64,000 nucleotides of DNA from Paraspadella gotoi (taxonomy: Eukaryota > Animalia > Chaetognatha), in the NCBI GenBank assembly GCA_051294375.1, contig CM119264.1, positions 29,703,182-29,767,181 of the forward strand, in the 5' to 3' direction. Shown here in pieces: positions 52,582 to 64,000 of this stretch (position 1 is its first letter; every line of letters begins with the position of its first letter). The position numbers and the translations under genes were made by a program. The notes beneath the pieces are model-generated. The model saw nothing but the letters and a program-made list of their open reading frames with translations, had not been told where the DNA came from and did no database searches.

Positions 52582-55500
52582 CAGAGTAGAGAAGAGAGAG
52601 AGAGAAGCAGAAAGAGAAATCCGTATCGCCTAAATGATAAACTCCTGCAGCCGTAGTCAAAGATTTCATCTAGAACTGAATTTTCTTCTAACTCTGAAAC
52701 ATTCCGGACTAAAAAAAGCACAATTTAGAAACGATGCTTGGTTTTAGGTAGCTTATAATCCGGTTTCCAATATATTATCTATACCTCCTAATCTCTCTTC
52801 ACGCGTCAGCTGAAGGAAAATTTTCCATTCGTCTCTCTCTCATCTCTCTTCTCGTTCTCCTCTGCCCTCTCGCCCCCAGTCTCTTCTCCTCTCTCCCCGC
52901 TCTCTACTCCTCTCCTCCTCTCTTCCTCCCTCTCTCCTCCTCTCTCTCTCTCTCTCCGTTTTTTTTTTTTTTTTGTTTCATTTCTCTCTCTCTCCATGAT
53001 ACTCCTCGGGACTCTCCCTGATAATGCTCATCCTTTCATCGGTGCGTTCTCTCCTGTGGCTCATAACTCTCTTTTAAATTTATCGTGGTGATCTATCATC
53101 GGTCCATCTGTCGCCTTTTTAGCCTTCTGATGTTGATATTTTAAATTATGATTCGACGGTTCATTACAAATTAGAAAATGATTGATATAATTCCGATTAT
53201 TTATTAACTCTCTTCTAAAGCATAATGTACTCACGGACAAAAAAAAGAAAATAGTTCTTGAATACAATATGAAATGCCGCCAGTACGTATACCACATTCG
53301 TCATATAATCTATTACTTCTTGGATAAGTGAATCAAAGTTTTTCAGATTCCATGCCGGTCTTCGTATGCTTCTCTAAGTCAAATTAACGACTATAATCGA
53401 AGTCAAGCCCGATTTCCTATCTTTAGTCACGATTCCATTTGAATAATTATCCAAATAATCATGTCGTCCCAACTTAATCTTCCGACTCTCTCTCAGGTCA
53501 AGACAGCCAGTACGATGATTCCAAGTTTGGAAGAGTTGAAAGAGTATCTTTGCCATCCGAGCAGTAACTTCCGCCTTCATTTCGCCAATATTTTTTAACG
53601 CGCAAAAGATTCATATCAAAGGATTATAGTAACAGAAATGCTAAAATTTCATCTTTAATCAAATTTCCCAATAAGCTTCCAAGTTTCATTTAATCATTCT
53701 CTAATTTTCTATTTCTTCGTACATAAATAAGAATTATTCATAATAGTATTCAAGTAATTTCAATAATCAGGTTAATTAAAACCTAAATATTTATCGCAAA
53801 GATTAATGGATTCTCCTCAAATCGCAAATCGTCACATGAATCAATATCCAACCAATGACCTCGAACTCAAGCTGAACCAATCAGTATCAATCGGTCATGT
53901 TCCCACTCTCAAACGTCTATGGTTGTCCAGCTCTCATAGACCTGTTTTCCGTAACCGATGGGATCAAAGTTCTTTTACTCTTTTCATTTGTCTCTTCTTC
54001 TTGCATATCAGAATCTTTGTTTTTTGACATTCGCGACTGTCTTCGCCCAGACGTCGGCGGTTTTTTGGACCAACGCGTGAGAAGACACATTGCGATAATT
54101 TGTCATTCCGTGAGGGATCTCGATCATTTTTCGTATATTTTCTTATAATAAATTATATTATGTTTGATATCGGAAATATCAAAATACGAACAATTACATC
54201 CTTCTCCTCTACGGGTATTATGTAGGTCTTCCGGGAATGTGAGCGGCGCTCTTTTTTTCCAAAATAGTTGAAAATATAACGTATTGTCAAAAAGAGAGAA
54301 AATGTTTTGAAAAAAGGCTGCTTGCAAAACCAAGCGCAACAGCTGATACGACGAACAAAAAACTTTGTGGTGGACACAATAGTCACATAAAAATTTCATC
54401 TCCAAGCGCTTGTAACATCGCCGGGAGTAATCAGCCCACAGAATCAAATTCGGATCGGAGGCTCGGGCCGATCTCCCATGAGGAATTCCAAATCTGATTG
54501 GCTTACGACGTCCACTCTGGGAGATCGTTAACATCAACCCATTCAATGCTTGAGCAGAATCAGTCACTTCCGAGCATAACATTGGAATGAACCAATTCCT
54601 TTAACCCGTTTTTTGGCTAGTGTCGTCGACTCCCTAAGTTAATAATAAACCTAGCTTGTCTCAGCATCTTTTCCTAGTCCAGTCAATCGATCAAGACTCC
54701 TCCCCTGCCTCACGGNNNNNNNNNNNNNNNNNNNNNNNNNTCACCGTCACCTTTATTCTCAGAATAAAATCTCAGCTTGAATTGATAATATCCTCAACAA
54801 TACCGTTGATAGTGAATAGTAAATAGTGAATAGTGAATAGTGAAAAACTTCTAACCCTCACATCTGACCGTGTATCCTCTGATCTTTGCCGACTCTTCCA
54901 CGCATCTGTGAGGCAGAGAGAATTGCGTCACGTTGGAGAGACGCAGTACTTCGTCCATGAATGCGCGAAGGTAATGGAGTTTGGGTAAGTGAGTCATAGA
55001 GGGAAGACCGTCCGAGCCTGAAAGGTGAGGTCAGTTTGGCTTGGACTTGGTAAGTTAAAAAAAAAACAAATGGTCACGGTCATTCTCTATTGATTAAGCA
55101 GTTAGGCTTAAGATTTAGTTAAATGTAAAATTTAAGATTGTCGATCAATATATGTTCAAAGAGTTAGAATAAGCGATTAAAAATTAAAATTTAATTTTTT
55201 TTTAAATTAAATTTGTAAGATATAAGATTTAGGAGGAAAAAAAAGTACTTGTTTAAATTGTTAAAATTATTATTTTTTCCGAAGAAAACTACAGAGATTT
55301 AAAATGTAAGATATTAAATAATTAATAAGATTTGTGAGATTTAAGATAAAGGATTTACTGACCAAATTCTTCAATCAATTCCCGACGAAGTTTATCCCCG
55401 ATTTCAGGATGATGAAGAAGCCAAACGATCGTCCAGCTCATCAATGATGACGTCGTGTCAGTTCCCGCCTAAAGAGATTCAGAGCATCGGGAGTAGATAT

Positions 55501-57100
55501 TAGGCTAAGTTTAAACAAGCCGCAATTTATCTCTTGTTATCATAAAGAGTTCTGTTATATGAATTTCTTTTGTCCTTATTCTACTAAAATTAATTTGTCC
55601 TTAAAACTTTTGTCAATTAGTCAGGCATTGCAAAATATAGACGCAGTTACGGTGCCGATTAAATCGATGTAAAAAGGAACCGTGTCAATGCATAGGCAAT
55701 GAAAATAAAAATTTAAGCCTCCATTTTATTACCTATATCTTATATTTTTTTCACTTTCATTTTATTTCTGTGTGCATGATCTTTCTAACATCTATTTATA
55801 TGGCAGAAACCATAAATTTACAATTTTTCGCCTTTAACACTCTCTAATATCATTAAATTAATTATCATTATAATTAATCATTTTTTCTCACTTGATAAAA
55901 ATCATTGATGGAGAGCATCATATTCTCTCGCTGAGATGTTTTCCCCGGATGGTTTTCCTTCTCTTCCCGTATGAAAGTCGTCGATTGAAGTCCAGTGGTT
56001 CTGTGCGGCTCGTTCCAGGCGTCTCTTTCGTGCACGTATTTCACAGATCTCTCTGCGTTGCAGTTCCGAATCACGTGTCACGGCCTTCCCAGATTTTCTT
56101 CGGGGCTTTGGTGGTGTCTTTTGTAAACTGAACCAACCTTATGAGACAAGACAATGTATTTATTGTGTTTAATCTGTTTCATTACAGGGAGTACATGTGT
56201 AATCGTTAAATTTCAACAGTTGATATCACACCATCGGAGGACACAATACAGAGAGATTCGTGTTATCCCAGATTCGAACCGATCGAGCCACACACTCCCG
56301 ACGATATATGCTTTCGTGAGTCCAGGATTTCTTGCGTTAATCTCTCCGTTCTGTTCGTACAAAAACTTGAAATTGATATAGAAATCCAGTCTACCTTTGT
56401 CCGAACTATCTTAAACCGTCTATATCAGAGTCTCGTCAACCGACCATTTTAGAGATTGACGGTTTGCAGCTACAAGCGACTCGAATGAGGTCCTGGGTTG
56501 AAAAGGTCCTTATCTCAGGGTACAACATAGGCTTTCCCCGGACTGCGTTTCGCTTTCGATGTGAGCACTCTGGACGGCAAGGTTTGATAATTAGTTCCTG
56601 AAACAGCTACGAAACTAATTTTTTTTTATAAATCTGGTGTTTAATTTTCCTTCAATTTATTTTTATTTGTTATTTTAATTTTAAAAAACGCCGAAAACTT
56701 CGTTTATTCAACTCGGCCTGTGTATCTGGCCCTGATCTTTACAGCGACATGTCACCTAAAGATCTACGGCCTTTGCTGATGCAACATAGTTACATATAAT
56801 ATTCTTCAAATCAATAGTATAAAATATCGATTTCGGCGATGCGCTGCCTTATTTTTTTTCCCTTCCTATTTCAACAAAATCGTTTTTTTAAACGTATCAA
56901 CACGGACAATTTAATATTTAACGTCACTATTCAATTTATTAAATACAGACACTAACTTCAATTAGGTTTAGAAATGAACTTACATTTATGTTCTCCTCGA
57001 CATTTTTCCTCCGAATGATAAGATCGAGATGTTGATCTTTTGTGGAAGATGATCTTAGAGAGTGTCCAGTCTTGAAGAAGGATTCCTTGGAGGATGAAGA
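48800..57100. repeat. Very noisy direct duplicate of ~42800-48060 (probable uncorrected long-read sequence)
   Basis: Anchors: 49497-49615 matches 43202-43312; 50295-50432 matches 43868-43968; 53780-57070 is collinear with 44990-48060. Insertion-rich noise is strongest at the left. Confidence 0.85.
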
Positions 57101-57792
57101 GGAAACATGTCATATCATGTTATTTTATGTCACTTCTCTCGTTTGTTTTAACATCAAGCAAAAATAAAACTGAACAAAAAAACTCAGTTTTTACTGTCCT
57201 CAGCTCTCTATGGCATTCTACTGAACTATCTTTCACTGAACACTCTGTAGACTACAGTGTAGTACTCTGTGACACTCTGTCACACACTGTTTAAAACCTT
57301 TGCTCTATGTTTCATTGTGTGGCACTCCGTACCACTATGTAGCACTATGTAGCATTGTTAATATTCCCTGTTGTATTCTGTGGTACTCTAAGGAACTTTC
57401 TTGCAATATGTCGCTCTGTGTTTTACTCTGTCGCACTCTGTTTGCATCTGTTAAACTCTCTTGAACTCCGATGCATCCTTTGCAATCTGTTGCACTGGCT
57501 AACCTCTCTTCCTTGGATTGATGAGCATTTGGCCAGCGTCCATTACGGGCGGTCGATTGGCAAAGTCTTTGCTCAAAAGCATTTCCTGAATTCAAAAAAT
57601 TTTAAAAATGAAATTAATTAGACATTTTTTAAAAAATTTTGTCGATTATCAAATAAATATCCTCACCTTTATGACATTGACATCGCAAACGAAAATGCCT
57701 TCGGACGCTGTCAGCCACGGAATTGACCTGACCCTCAGAATCGGTCCACACTCGCGAGACTTTTTGAGAAAGAGGTCAGGCCATTCGATCGG
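53400..57792 (-). CDS. Second copy of the same P450; 3' exons degraded by indels, but it carries clean 5' exons 57792-57667 and 57585-57504 and the start of the C-helix exon at 57085
   Basis: PIEWPDLFLKKSRECGPILRVRSIPWLTASEGIFVCDVNVIK|EMLLSKDFANRPPVMDAGQMLINPRKRG|ILLQDW with in-phase GT-AG junctions. K-helix exon (~55016-54869) reads SDGLPSMTHLPKLHYLRAFMDEVLRLSNVTQFSLPHRCVEESAKIRGYT. Confidence 0.8.
57215..57500. repeat. Degenerate (ACTCTGT-like) short tandem repeat in a P450 intron
   Basis: Recurring CACTCTGT/ACTATGT units. Confidence 0.6.
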
Positions 57793-59029
57793 CTGTTGAG
57801 TAGACAAAGGGAAATAATTAAAAATCAGGATAGTGGCAAAGAAATTGAATGATTATTTGGCCTGAATTTTTATGTCCTCTATTGAAACCTTCCTGATTAT
57901 ATAAAACCCTCACCTGGTATATTCTCTAATTTTCATGTAAAGATTTAATAATTGGCGGGTTGGATAAGAAATAGTTGTTAGTTGTAAGTAGGTAAGGGTC
58001 GTCTCTTAATCAAAAGGTTTGGGGTTCTAGACCGTTGGGAATCCTAGCGATTGAACGGCACGGAGAAATTCATCCCGTCCGACGCAGCTGCCTGATTTGC
58101 AGCTCAGCGTTTGCTAATTTATCAACAGTCTATAATTCAATTTAAAACAAAAAAAATTATTCGATTTGGAATGAAATGTTAAACAAGTTTTTTTTTAACT
58201 GTTCGTGGTGAAGTGAAAAAACAAAAAGAATAGCTATTTGATGTAGCTTTAATTTAAGTCTTAAGACGACAAGCCGTACCACTATATACGTACAAACGAA
58301 AGAAAACAAGTTTTGAGAAAAGAAAAGTATTTTGTAAACTGGATCCTCAGATCGAGTTGAGTTGAGAAAAGAGATTCGACAGCAGACGAATTTGACACGA
58401 ATTTGGCTGAGATCAACTTTTTTTAGTCTGAAGTCTGAAGATTTTACTAGTTTTTTTCTGGATGGGGGGGCGGAGGTTGTCGAATTCGTGTTTTAATTAA
58501 TTAGGATCGAGTTGTTCAGGATTTTTAATTTAATTTTGGGGTTCGTATGATTTAAGCAACAAAAAAATCCCCCAAAAAATCCCCAAAAATATCAGAATAA
58601 AATACTATTTTAAATATGATAACTACAACAACTGACCAAGAAAACAATTAAAGATAATACCATTGACAATAACATATTCATTTAATTTGTTTCTATTTAT
58701 TTTTTTTAATTTTCATTCAAATATTAATTAAAATTATAAAATAAAATTAAAACCAAGGTTGAAATGGTGCCTTTGTTATCATGGCTCAATTTTTAAGTAA
58801 TATTAAAAAGATAAATGAAGAAGACAATGACGACCTTGGCGAAGAAGAAGAAGAAGAAAAAGACGACGACTACAATTACGACGACGGTGACGACGACGAC
58901 GACGACGACGACGACGGCACTCAGGGAAAAGGCAATTAGAAAATCTGATGCTTCGTCTATTGGCATCGAAAACCAAGTAGAGATTGGGAGATGAAGAGGG
59001 AGGATAGAGGGGGGTGGGAGAAGGCGTTG

Positions 59030-59162
59030 GTTAGAAAGGGGAGGTTAGAAAGGGGAGGTTAGAAGCGTGAGGTTAGAAAGGGGAGGTTAGAAAGGGGAAG
59101 TGAGAAGGCGGGCTGGTTACTAAAGGGAGGTTAGAAAGGGGAGGTTAGTAAAAGGAGGTTAA
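59030..59162. repeat. 14-bp minisatellite (GGTTAGAAAGGGGA)n
   Basis: About 8-9 tandem imperfect units. Confidence 0.85.
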
Positions 59163-59374
59163 ACAGTAGGGAAAGAGGAAGAGATTTTAAAATGTGGAAT
59201 TGAAATGCGATTCATCGACTATGATATGCAACTAATTGTAACGTCGCTTTTTAAAGATTTGTATGAAATTTTAACTACTGTTTATCACAAAAATTGGCAG
59301 GAAAAATGAGTTTGTTCTTCCAGACGAGTGGCATAATTCGATGAAAATGCGAAACGGCACACTGGCATCCATTT

Positions 59375-60403
59375 TTTATGGCACGAAACTCGATGGAAGC
59401 ATTCGAATTTTGACCAAAAGATTCAGAGAAATAGAATCGGATTCCATCTGAGATCAAAAGTTAATTCCATCGCGTGAAAGAGAAAAGAAAGTAAGGCAAA
59501 CTCGCCTGACCTTTCTCTTTGAAGAACTAGCATTGTTGATGCCGTTTATCATTGCCCAGGCTTGATTGCCCAGGTTCACCGATTTGACTTCGTTCCAGCC
59601 CTATTTTTTGGCTACCAGAAAGAGCTTAATTAGCCACATTTAGCTCTTTATTAAAAATTTACATATTAGCAGTATTTGTATAAGTAGCAGCGCCTTTGAA
59701 AAAAAAATAGCTTCAATGTGGCAACTATTGGATGGCAGCAATGGCTACGAAAAAAGAGGCGGTAGCGGCCTAACGGTTGCCATGGGCAATATTGGGCATA
59801 GCAACGGCGAGAACGACTAGACGGTTGCCATAGCAACGGTGATAGCGGCGCGACGGTAGCGTTTGCAAAGAAGACTATTTGTTTCTGCTCATGGAAAACG
59901 AGAGTCCAGAAAAAAAAAGCGGGACGGGATTCCTTTCCTTATTCCGCGAAAATCAAAGATCCCTTAAGAGAGAACGGAAGCCGAAAGGCAGCTGTGACCT
60001 TTCGGGATGGGAGAGAGGGGGAGAGGGAGAGAGAGGAAGAAGGAAAGAGAAGGGGAGAAGTGGTGAGATGAGAGGGAGCGAAAGAGGGTTAGAGAGAGGA
60101 AGGGTAAGGAAAGCTGAGAGAGAGAAAAGATAGAGAGGTAGTGACTAGTGAAGGAAAGTATGTGAATAAGTGAGTGAGTAAGTTAGTGAGTGAAAAAAGG
60201 GGAGAGAGAGAGAGAGAGAGAGGGGAGGAGAGAGAGTGAGAAAGTGAGAGAGAGAATGCGGGCGGGTTTGTTACATTGGGTGAACCCGTCGGAGATTGAA
60301 CCGATTGCCGACCATAGATTTGATTCATCCCTCGAATCGAGAGAAAAAATGAAAATGAGTTCATGGGTTGAGTGAGAGAGAGAGAGAGAGAGAGAAGAGA
60401 GAG

Positions 60404-60458
<55 letters not shown>

Positions 60459-62097
60459 GAGAGGGGAGGGGGAATAACAGCGGCTCGGAAACACAAAAGA
60501 AAGGGAGAAAATAGCCCGCCTCATTATTTGATGTTAGTTAATAACGTCGCAGGAGATCAAACAAACAATATAAGCTAAATTTTTGTAAATATATCTTTAG
60601 GGCCAAAGGTTTTGTTTGTGGACTTAACTAGTGTGTCGAAAAGTAAGACAACGACAACGACTCGAATAGTGATTAGTTATAAAAAGTATTATTTAATAAT
60701 TAATTATTAATTATTAATTATTAAATAATCTATGTTTTAGGCTTTGACGACTAATATCTTTTCAGTTAGATTTGTGACAATAACTGAGAAAAAGGAAGAA
60801 AAGAAATCCCCTGAGACAAAGAACAACAACGATGACGACGACGACGACGACGACGACGTCAGATAAAAGGAAGTGAGAAGAAAGAGAAAATCTGTTGTCG
60901 TCATAGTTTCCTCTTTTTTTTTCGTTAAACCGAATTTCGTTAGATCCGTTCAAGTTCGCTTCGCTTAAGAAAGCCTGCGTGTCATATCTCTCTCTCTCTC
61001 TCTCTCTGTCTCTCGCTCTCTCTCTCTCTCTCTCTCGCTTTCTCTCGCTTTCTCTCTCTCTCTTTCTCTACCTCCAAATCCCTTGTCACCATTTGCATTT
61101 TCTTTTTTCTTTTTTTCTTTTTTTCTTTTTTTCTTATTTTTCCTTATTTTCTAACGTGAAATTAATCTGCGTGAATCCCTTTCACTTTCACTTCTTCCTT
61201 ATTCGTGACGTCGGCGTCCGGATTCGAAGTCACGTGATTAAGTTGTAACGTCTTTTTCGTTTCAGCTTCGTTACGAAATACGAAAAATCGATAAACAAAT
61301 TTGCAAATTACCAAATTTGCTTCAAATGGCCAATTGTTGTAGACGTATGACAAATGGTATTTACTTTACTAATAACAAAACTTTTAAAGATTGGCATTGA
61401 AATAAAATCAAGCAACGAGGTCTCACAATAAATTCCAAATAATTTAAACATTTATTATAGAACGACTGAACAAATTTTGAAAAAAAATTAATAGGACTTT
61501 CTGACGCTCGACGACAAAAAATTGGAGGCCCCACCAAGAGGCAAGACCTTACCTTTTTGAAGGGGGTCAGGTTCATTTCCACTCTCAACTCACCTTTTCT
61601 GCAGAGATCAATTTCGTCTCACCCTTGACCTCATCTTCCATTTCTCCCCCCCCTCTCACTTTTTGCCTCTTCACTTCTTTCACTCAAATCCCAAACTGTG
61701 AACTTTGATTCGGCGCCACTTCATTTTCACATCTTTTCACCGATTTGAGGCGGACGATACACGGAGAGAGCAGTAGCGATGGAGTGGTCTGCGAGGGAGA
61801 GATGAGTGCGCGAGGATGGTTATAACAGATGAGGGTGGAGACGAGACGAGGAGATGGAGAGGAGGATGGGGGACGACGGGAGGTGCGTAGAACAACCGCC
61901 TAGCGGCAATTGGGTTTCTCCGGATGAGAGGGGGCTCACCCGCTAACCTGAAGTCTGGGACTAGAGAGAGACAGAGGGCTGGGAGAGGGAGTATTGCGGA
62001 GAGATGACTGACGGGCGCTGCAGGTTCTCGCGAAGTGGAGGAAGCTGAGGGTGAGATGGACTGGTTGATGAGGTCGGGGATGACGTGGCGGCGGTTC
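59375..62097 (-). CDS. Putative unidentified multi-exon gene upstream of the P450; candidate exons ~62097-61948, ~61788-61553, ~59600-59511, ~59447-59376
   Basis: Blocks with AG/GT boundaries, e.g. ..LRVEMNLTPFKK|GTAAG and AG|GWNEVKSVNLGNQAWAMINGINNASSSKRK|GTCAGG. No family recognised. Confidence 0.3.
59776..59837. promoter_or_regulatory. RFX X-box cluster: GTTGCCATAGCAAC (59824-59837), GTTGCCATGGGCAAT (59776-59790) and a CATAGCAAC half-site
   Basis: One textbook palindromic X-box plus two variants within 62 bp. Confidence 0.5.
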
Positions 62098-62151
62098 TAC
62101 AGAGAGTGGAGAAGAGAGGAGAGAGAGAGAGAGAGAGAGAGAGTGAGAGAG

Positions 62152-62193
<42 letters not shown>

Positions 62194-62334
62194 AGAGAAA
62201 GATAATAGAAAGTCATGGTTTTCCTCTCGAATATAAATCGTTTCTTTCTTCTTAATTAATTACGATTTTTCTCTTTCGATTTCGTGAGACAAATTGATTT
62301 TCGGCGAAATAGTTCGATCACCGAACGATCATCG

Positions 62335-62642
62335 CCTTTCCACTTCGCCTTTCCACTTCGCCTTTCCACTTTGCCTTTTCCACTTTGCCTTTTCTTCCCA
62401 CTTCGCCTTTCCACTTTCGCCTTTCTACTTAGCCTTTCCACTTCGCCTTTCCACTTCTCCTTTTCCACTTCTCCTTTCCACTTTGCCTTTCCACTTTGCC
62501 TTTCAACTTTGCCTTTCACTATGCCTTTCCACTTCGCCTTTCCACTTTCCTTTTCACTTCGCCTTTTCAATTGGGCCTTTCCGCTTTCGCCTTTTCCACT
62601 TCGCCTTCCACTTCGCCTTTCCACTTCGCCTCTTTCCACTTC
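62335..62642. repeat. 13-bp minisatellite (CCACTTCGCCTTT)n, about 22 units
   Basis: Direct reading; it explains the repetitive ORFs in the track. Confidence 0.9.
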
Positions 62643-62881
62643 GTCCCTCGCCTCTTCGCTTATCCTCTTTCTTTAAAGACCAATTTCATTTCATATCCAT
62701 TTTGCTTTCCACCCCAACCACCCCAACCACACCCCAAACCCAACCCGCCTAACCCGCCTCCTCGCCCGTCACTCCGGTCGCAGATTCCAGGGTCAAAGGT
62801 CATTCCAAGGTCATCGTCTCGAGGTCCTCGACTCGCTCTCGTGGAATCGACGGCGATGGAACCACCGATTTTGGGCCGACC

Positions 62882-62918
<37 letters not shown>

Positions 62919-63304
62919 TTATGGCCATATTTCACGAAAGGGTCTCCCCCCCTCCCTCTTTAAAGACGGCATTCATCTTGTGGCATTTTTTCATTGCGTC
63001 TTGATGGCATTTCGGACGTCGGCTATCATCCGATGGCATTCATCAAAGAAAAAAGGAAGAAGAGAGGATTTTGTGAAGAGCAGAGAGAAAAGGAAAAGGA
63101 AGAAAGGATAAACGGGAAAAAGGAAAAAAAGGAAGAAAGGATAAACGGGAAAAAGGAAAAAAAGGAAGAAAGAAAAATGAAAGGAAATTGGGTTGAGAAG
63201 AAATGGATTAAACTTTAAAGGATATGTACAAACTACGGAGTGCAAAATAATAAAGGGACAAAGTTTCAAACAAATGTCTTTGCATCTTATGTTTAATTTT
63301 CGCA

Positions 63305-63479
63305 AGAAGTTGCACAAACAATATTAAAACTATACATTCATTAAATAGATAAGCTGTCTTTCCCTTGACTTTCTACAGGTGACAATGGGTTAATACCTCT
63401 TATATGAGGCAAGATATGGGGCAAGATAGCTTATTTATTAAATAAATAGATAATTTTTACATTGGTTGTACCAATTTCA
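63305..63479. mobile_element. Internally deleted ~175-bp mini-copy of the 8917-9706 MITE family with both ends
   Basis: Left: GAAGTTGCACAAACAATATTAAAACTATACATTCATTAAATAGATAAGC resembles 8918-8969. Right: GCTTATTTATTAAAT..ATAATTTTTACATTGGTTGTACCAATTTCA matches 9656-9706. Confidence 0.7.
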
Positions 63480-64000
63480 TGACAATACACAAGACCCTGA
63501 ATACGACTTGGCTTCTTCCCTCTTCGATTTCTCTTCTAATTCCTTCTCCCTTTTTTCTCTCGCCGCCCCCCCTTTCTGCCTCACAACCAAGCTCGCTCTC
63601 ACAGAAGTTTGTCAATTTCGATTCTGGTTTTCGAGAAACGTTTACGATTTTTAGACGAGCGAGGGACTTCGTCGTCTAGGTCGTCGTGGTCCTATTGGTA
63701 TTCGTCGTCGTCGTCGTCTTGGTCGTCGTCGTTTTTGTCGTCTTGGTCGTTATCTTGGTCGTCGTCGTCGTTGTTGTCTTGGTCGTCGTCTTCGTCAAAA
63801 AAAAAAAAAAGACGAGAGACCTTTCTTGGTCGTCGCTTTGCGCGTCATCTTTGCGCTTACGCCTCGTCGTGTTCTAACGCTCTGTGTTTCGCTTCGTCAC
63901 TCATCGTCGTCCGTCCGGTGTCATATCGTATCGCTCGCGCTCGTTTCGTCATCATCGTCGTCGTCGTCATCGTCATCGTTCTATTCGTCGTCATTCATCC

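Noticed and set aside
61162-61353. GPCR-like fragment YVYNNWPFEANLVICKFV
   Set aside because: No flanking TM2/TM3 or DRY motif, a stop lies just upstream, and a possible donor (TTG|GTAATT) falls before the Cys.
62256-62752. Repetitive ORFs (STSPFHFAFPLRL repeats)
   Set aside because: Translation of a 13-bp minisatellite, open in several frames on both strands.
62790-62813. Nuclear-receptor DR1 (GGGTCAAAGGTCA) plus CCAAGGTCA site as a P450 enhancer
   Set aside because: It lies 5 kb away beyond another putative gene and possibly in coding sequence; the motif alone is insufficient.

Overview
AT-rich, microsatellite-laden, intron-containing metazoan (invertebrate-like) DNA from a draft assembly with N gaps and many indel-rich stretches. 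Nearly all ORFs in the supplied track are microsatellite read-throughs or exon fragments. Two genes are recognisable on the minus strand by manual translation across splice sites. (1) An NHLH/NSCL (HEN1/HLH4C-type) neural bHLH gene at ~8.56-11.18 kb, present again at ~25.7-28.45 kb. (2) A clan-2 (CYP2-like) cytochrome P450, with its 3' seven exons at 44.66-48.06 kb and its 5' exons only in a second, noisier copy at ~53.4-57.8 kb. Both duplications (1-14.5 kb vs 17.0-31.8 kb; ~42.8-48.1 kb vs ~48.8-57.1 kb) look like long-read gap-filling artefacts, not true paralogy. Also present: a TA-flanked MITE family (full copy in the NHLH intron, a mini copy, several fragments), a ~970-bp foldback element, several minisatellites, RFX X-box motifs, and exon-like blocks of two or three unidentifiable genes. 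I found no convincing wholly new biological system. The best leads are the two transposon families, the extended NHLH N-terminus, the atypical P450 and an apparently exonic GA microsatellite.
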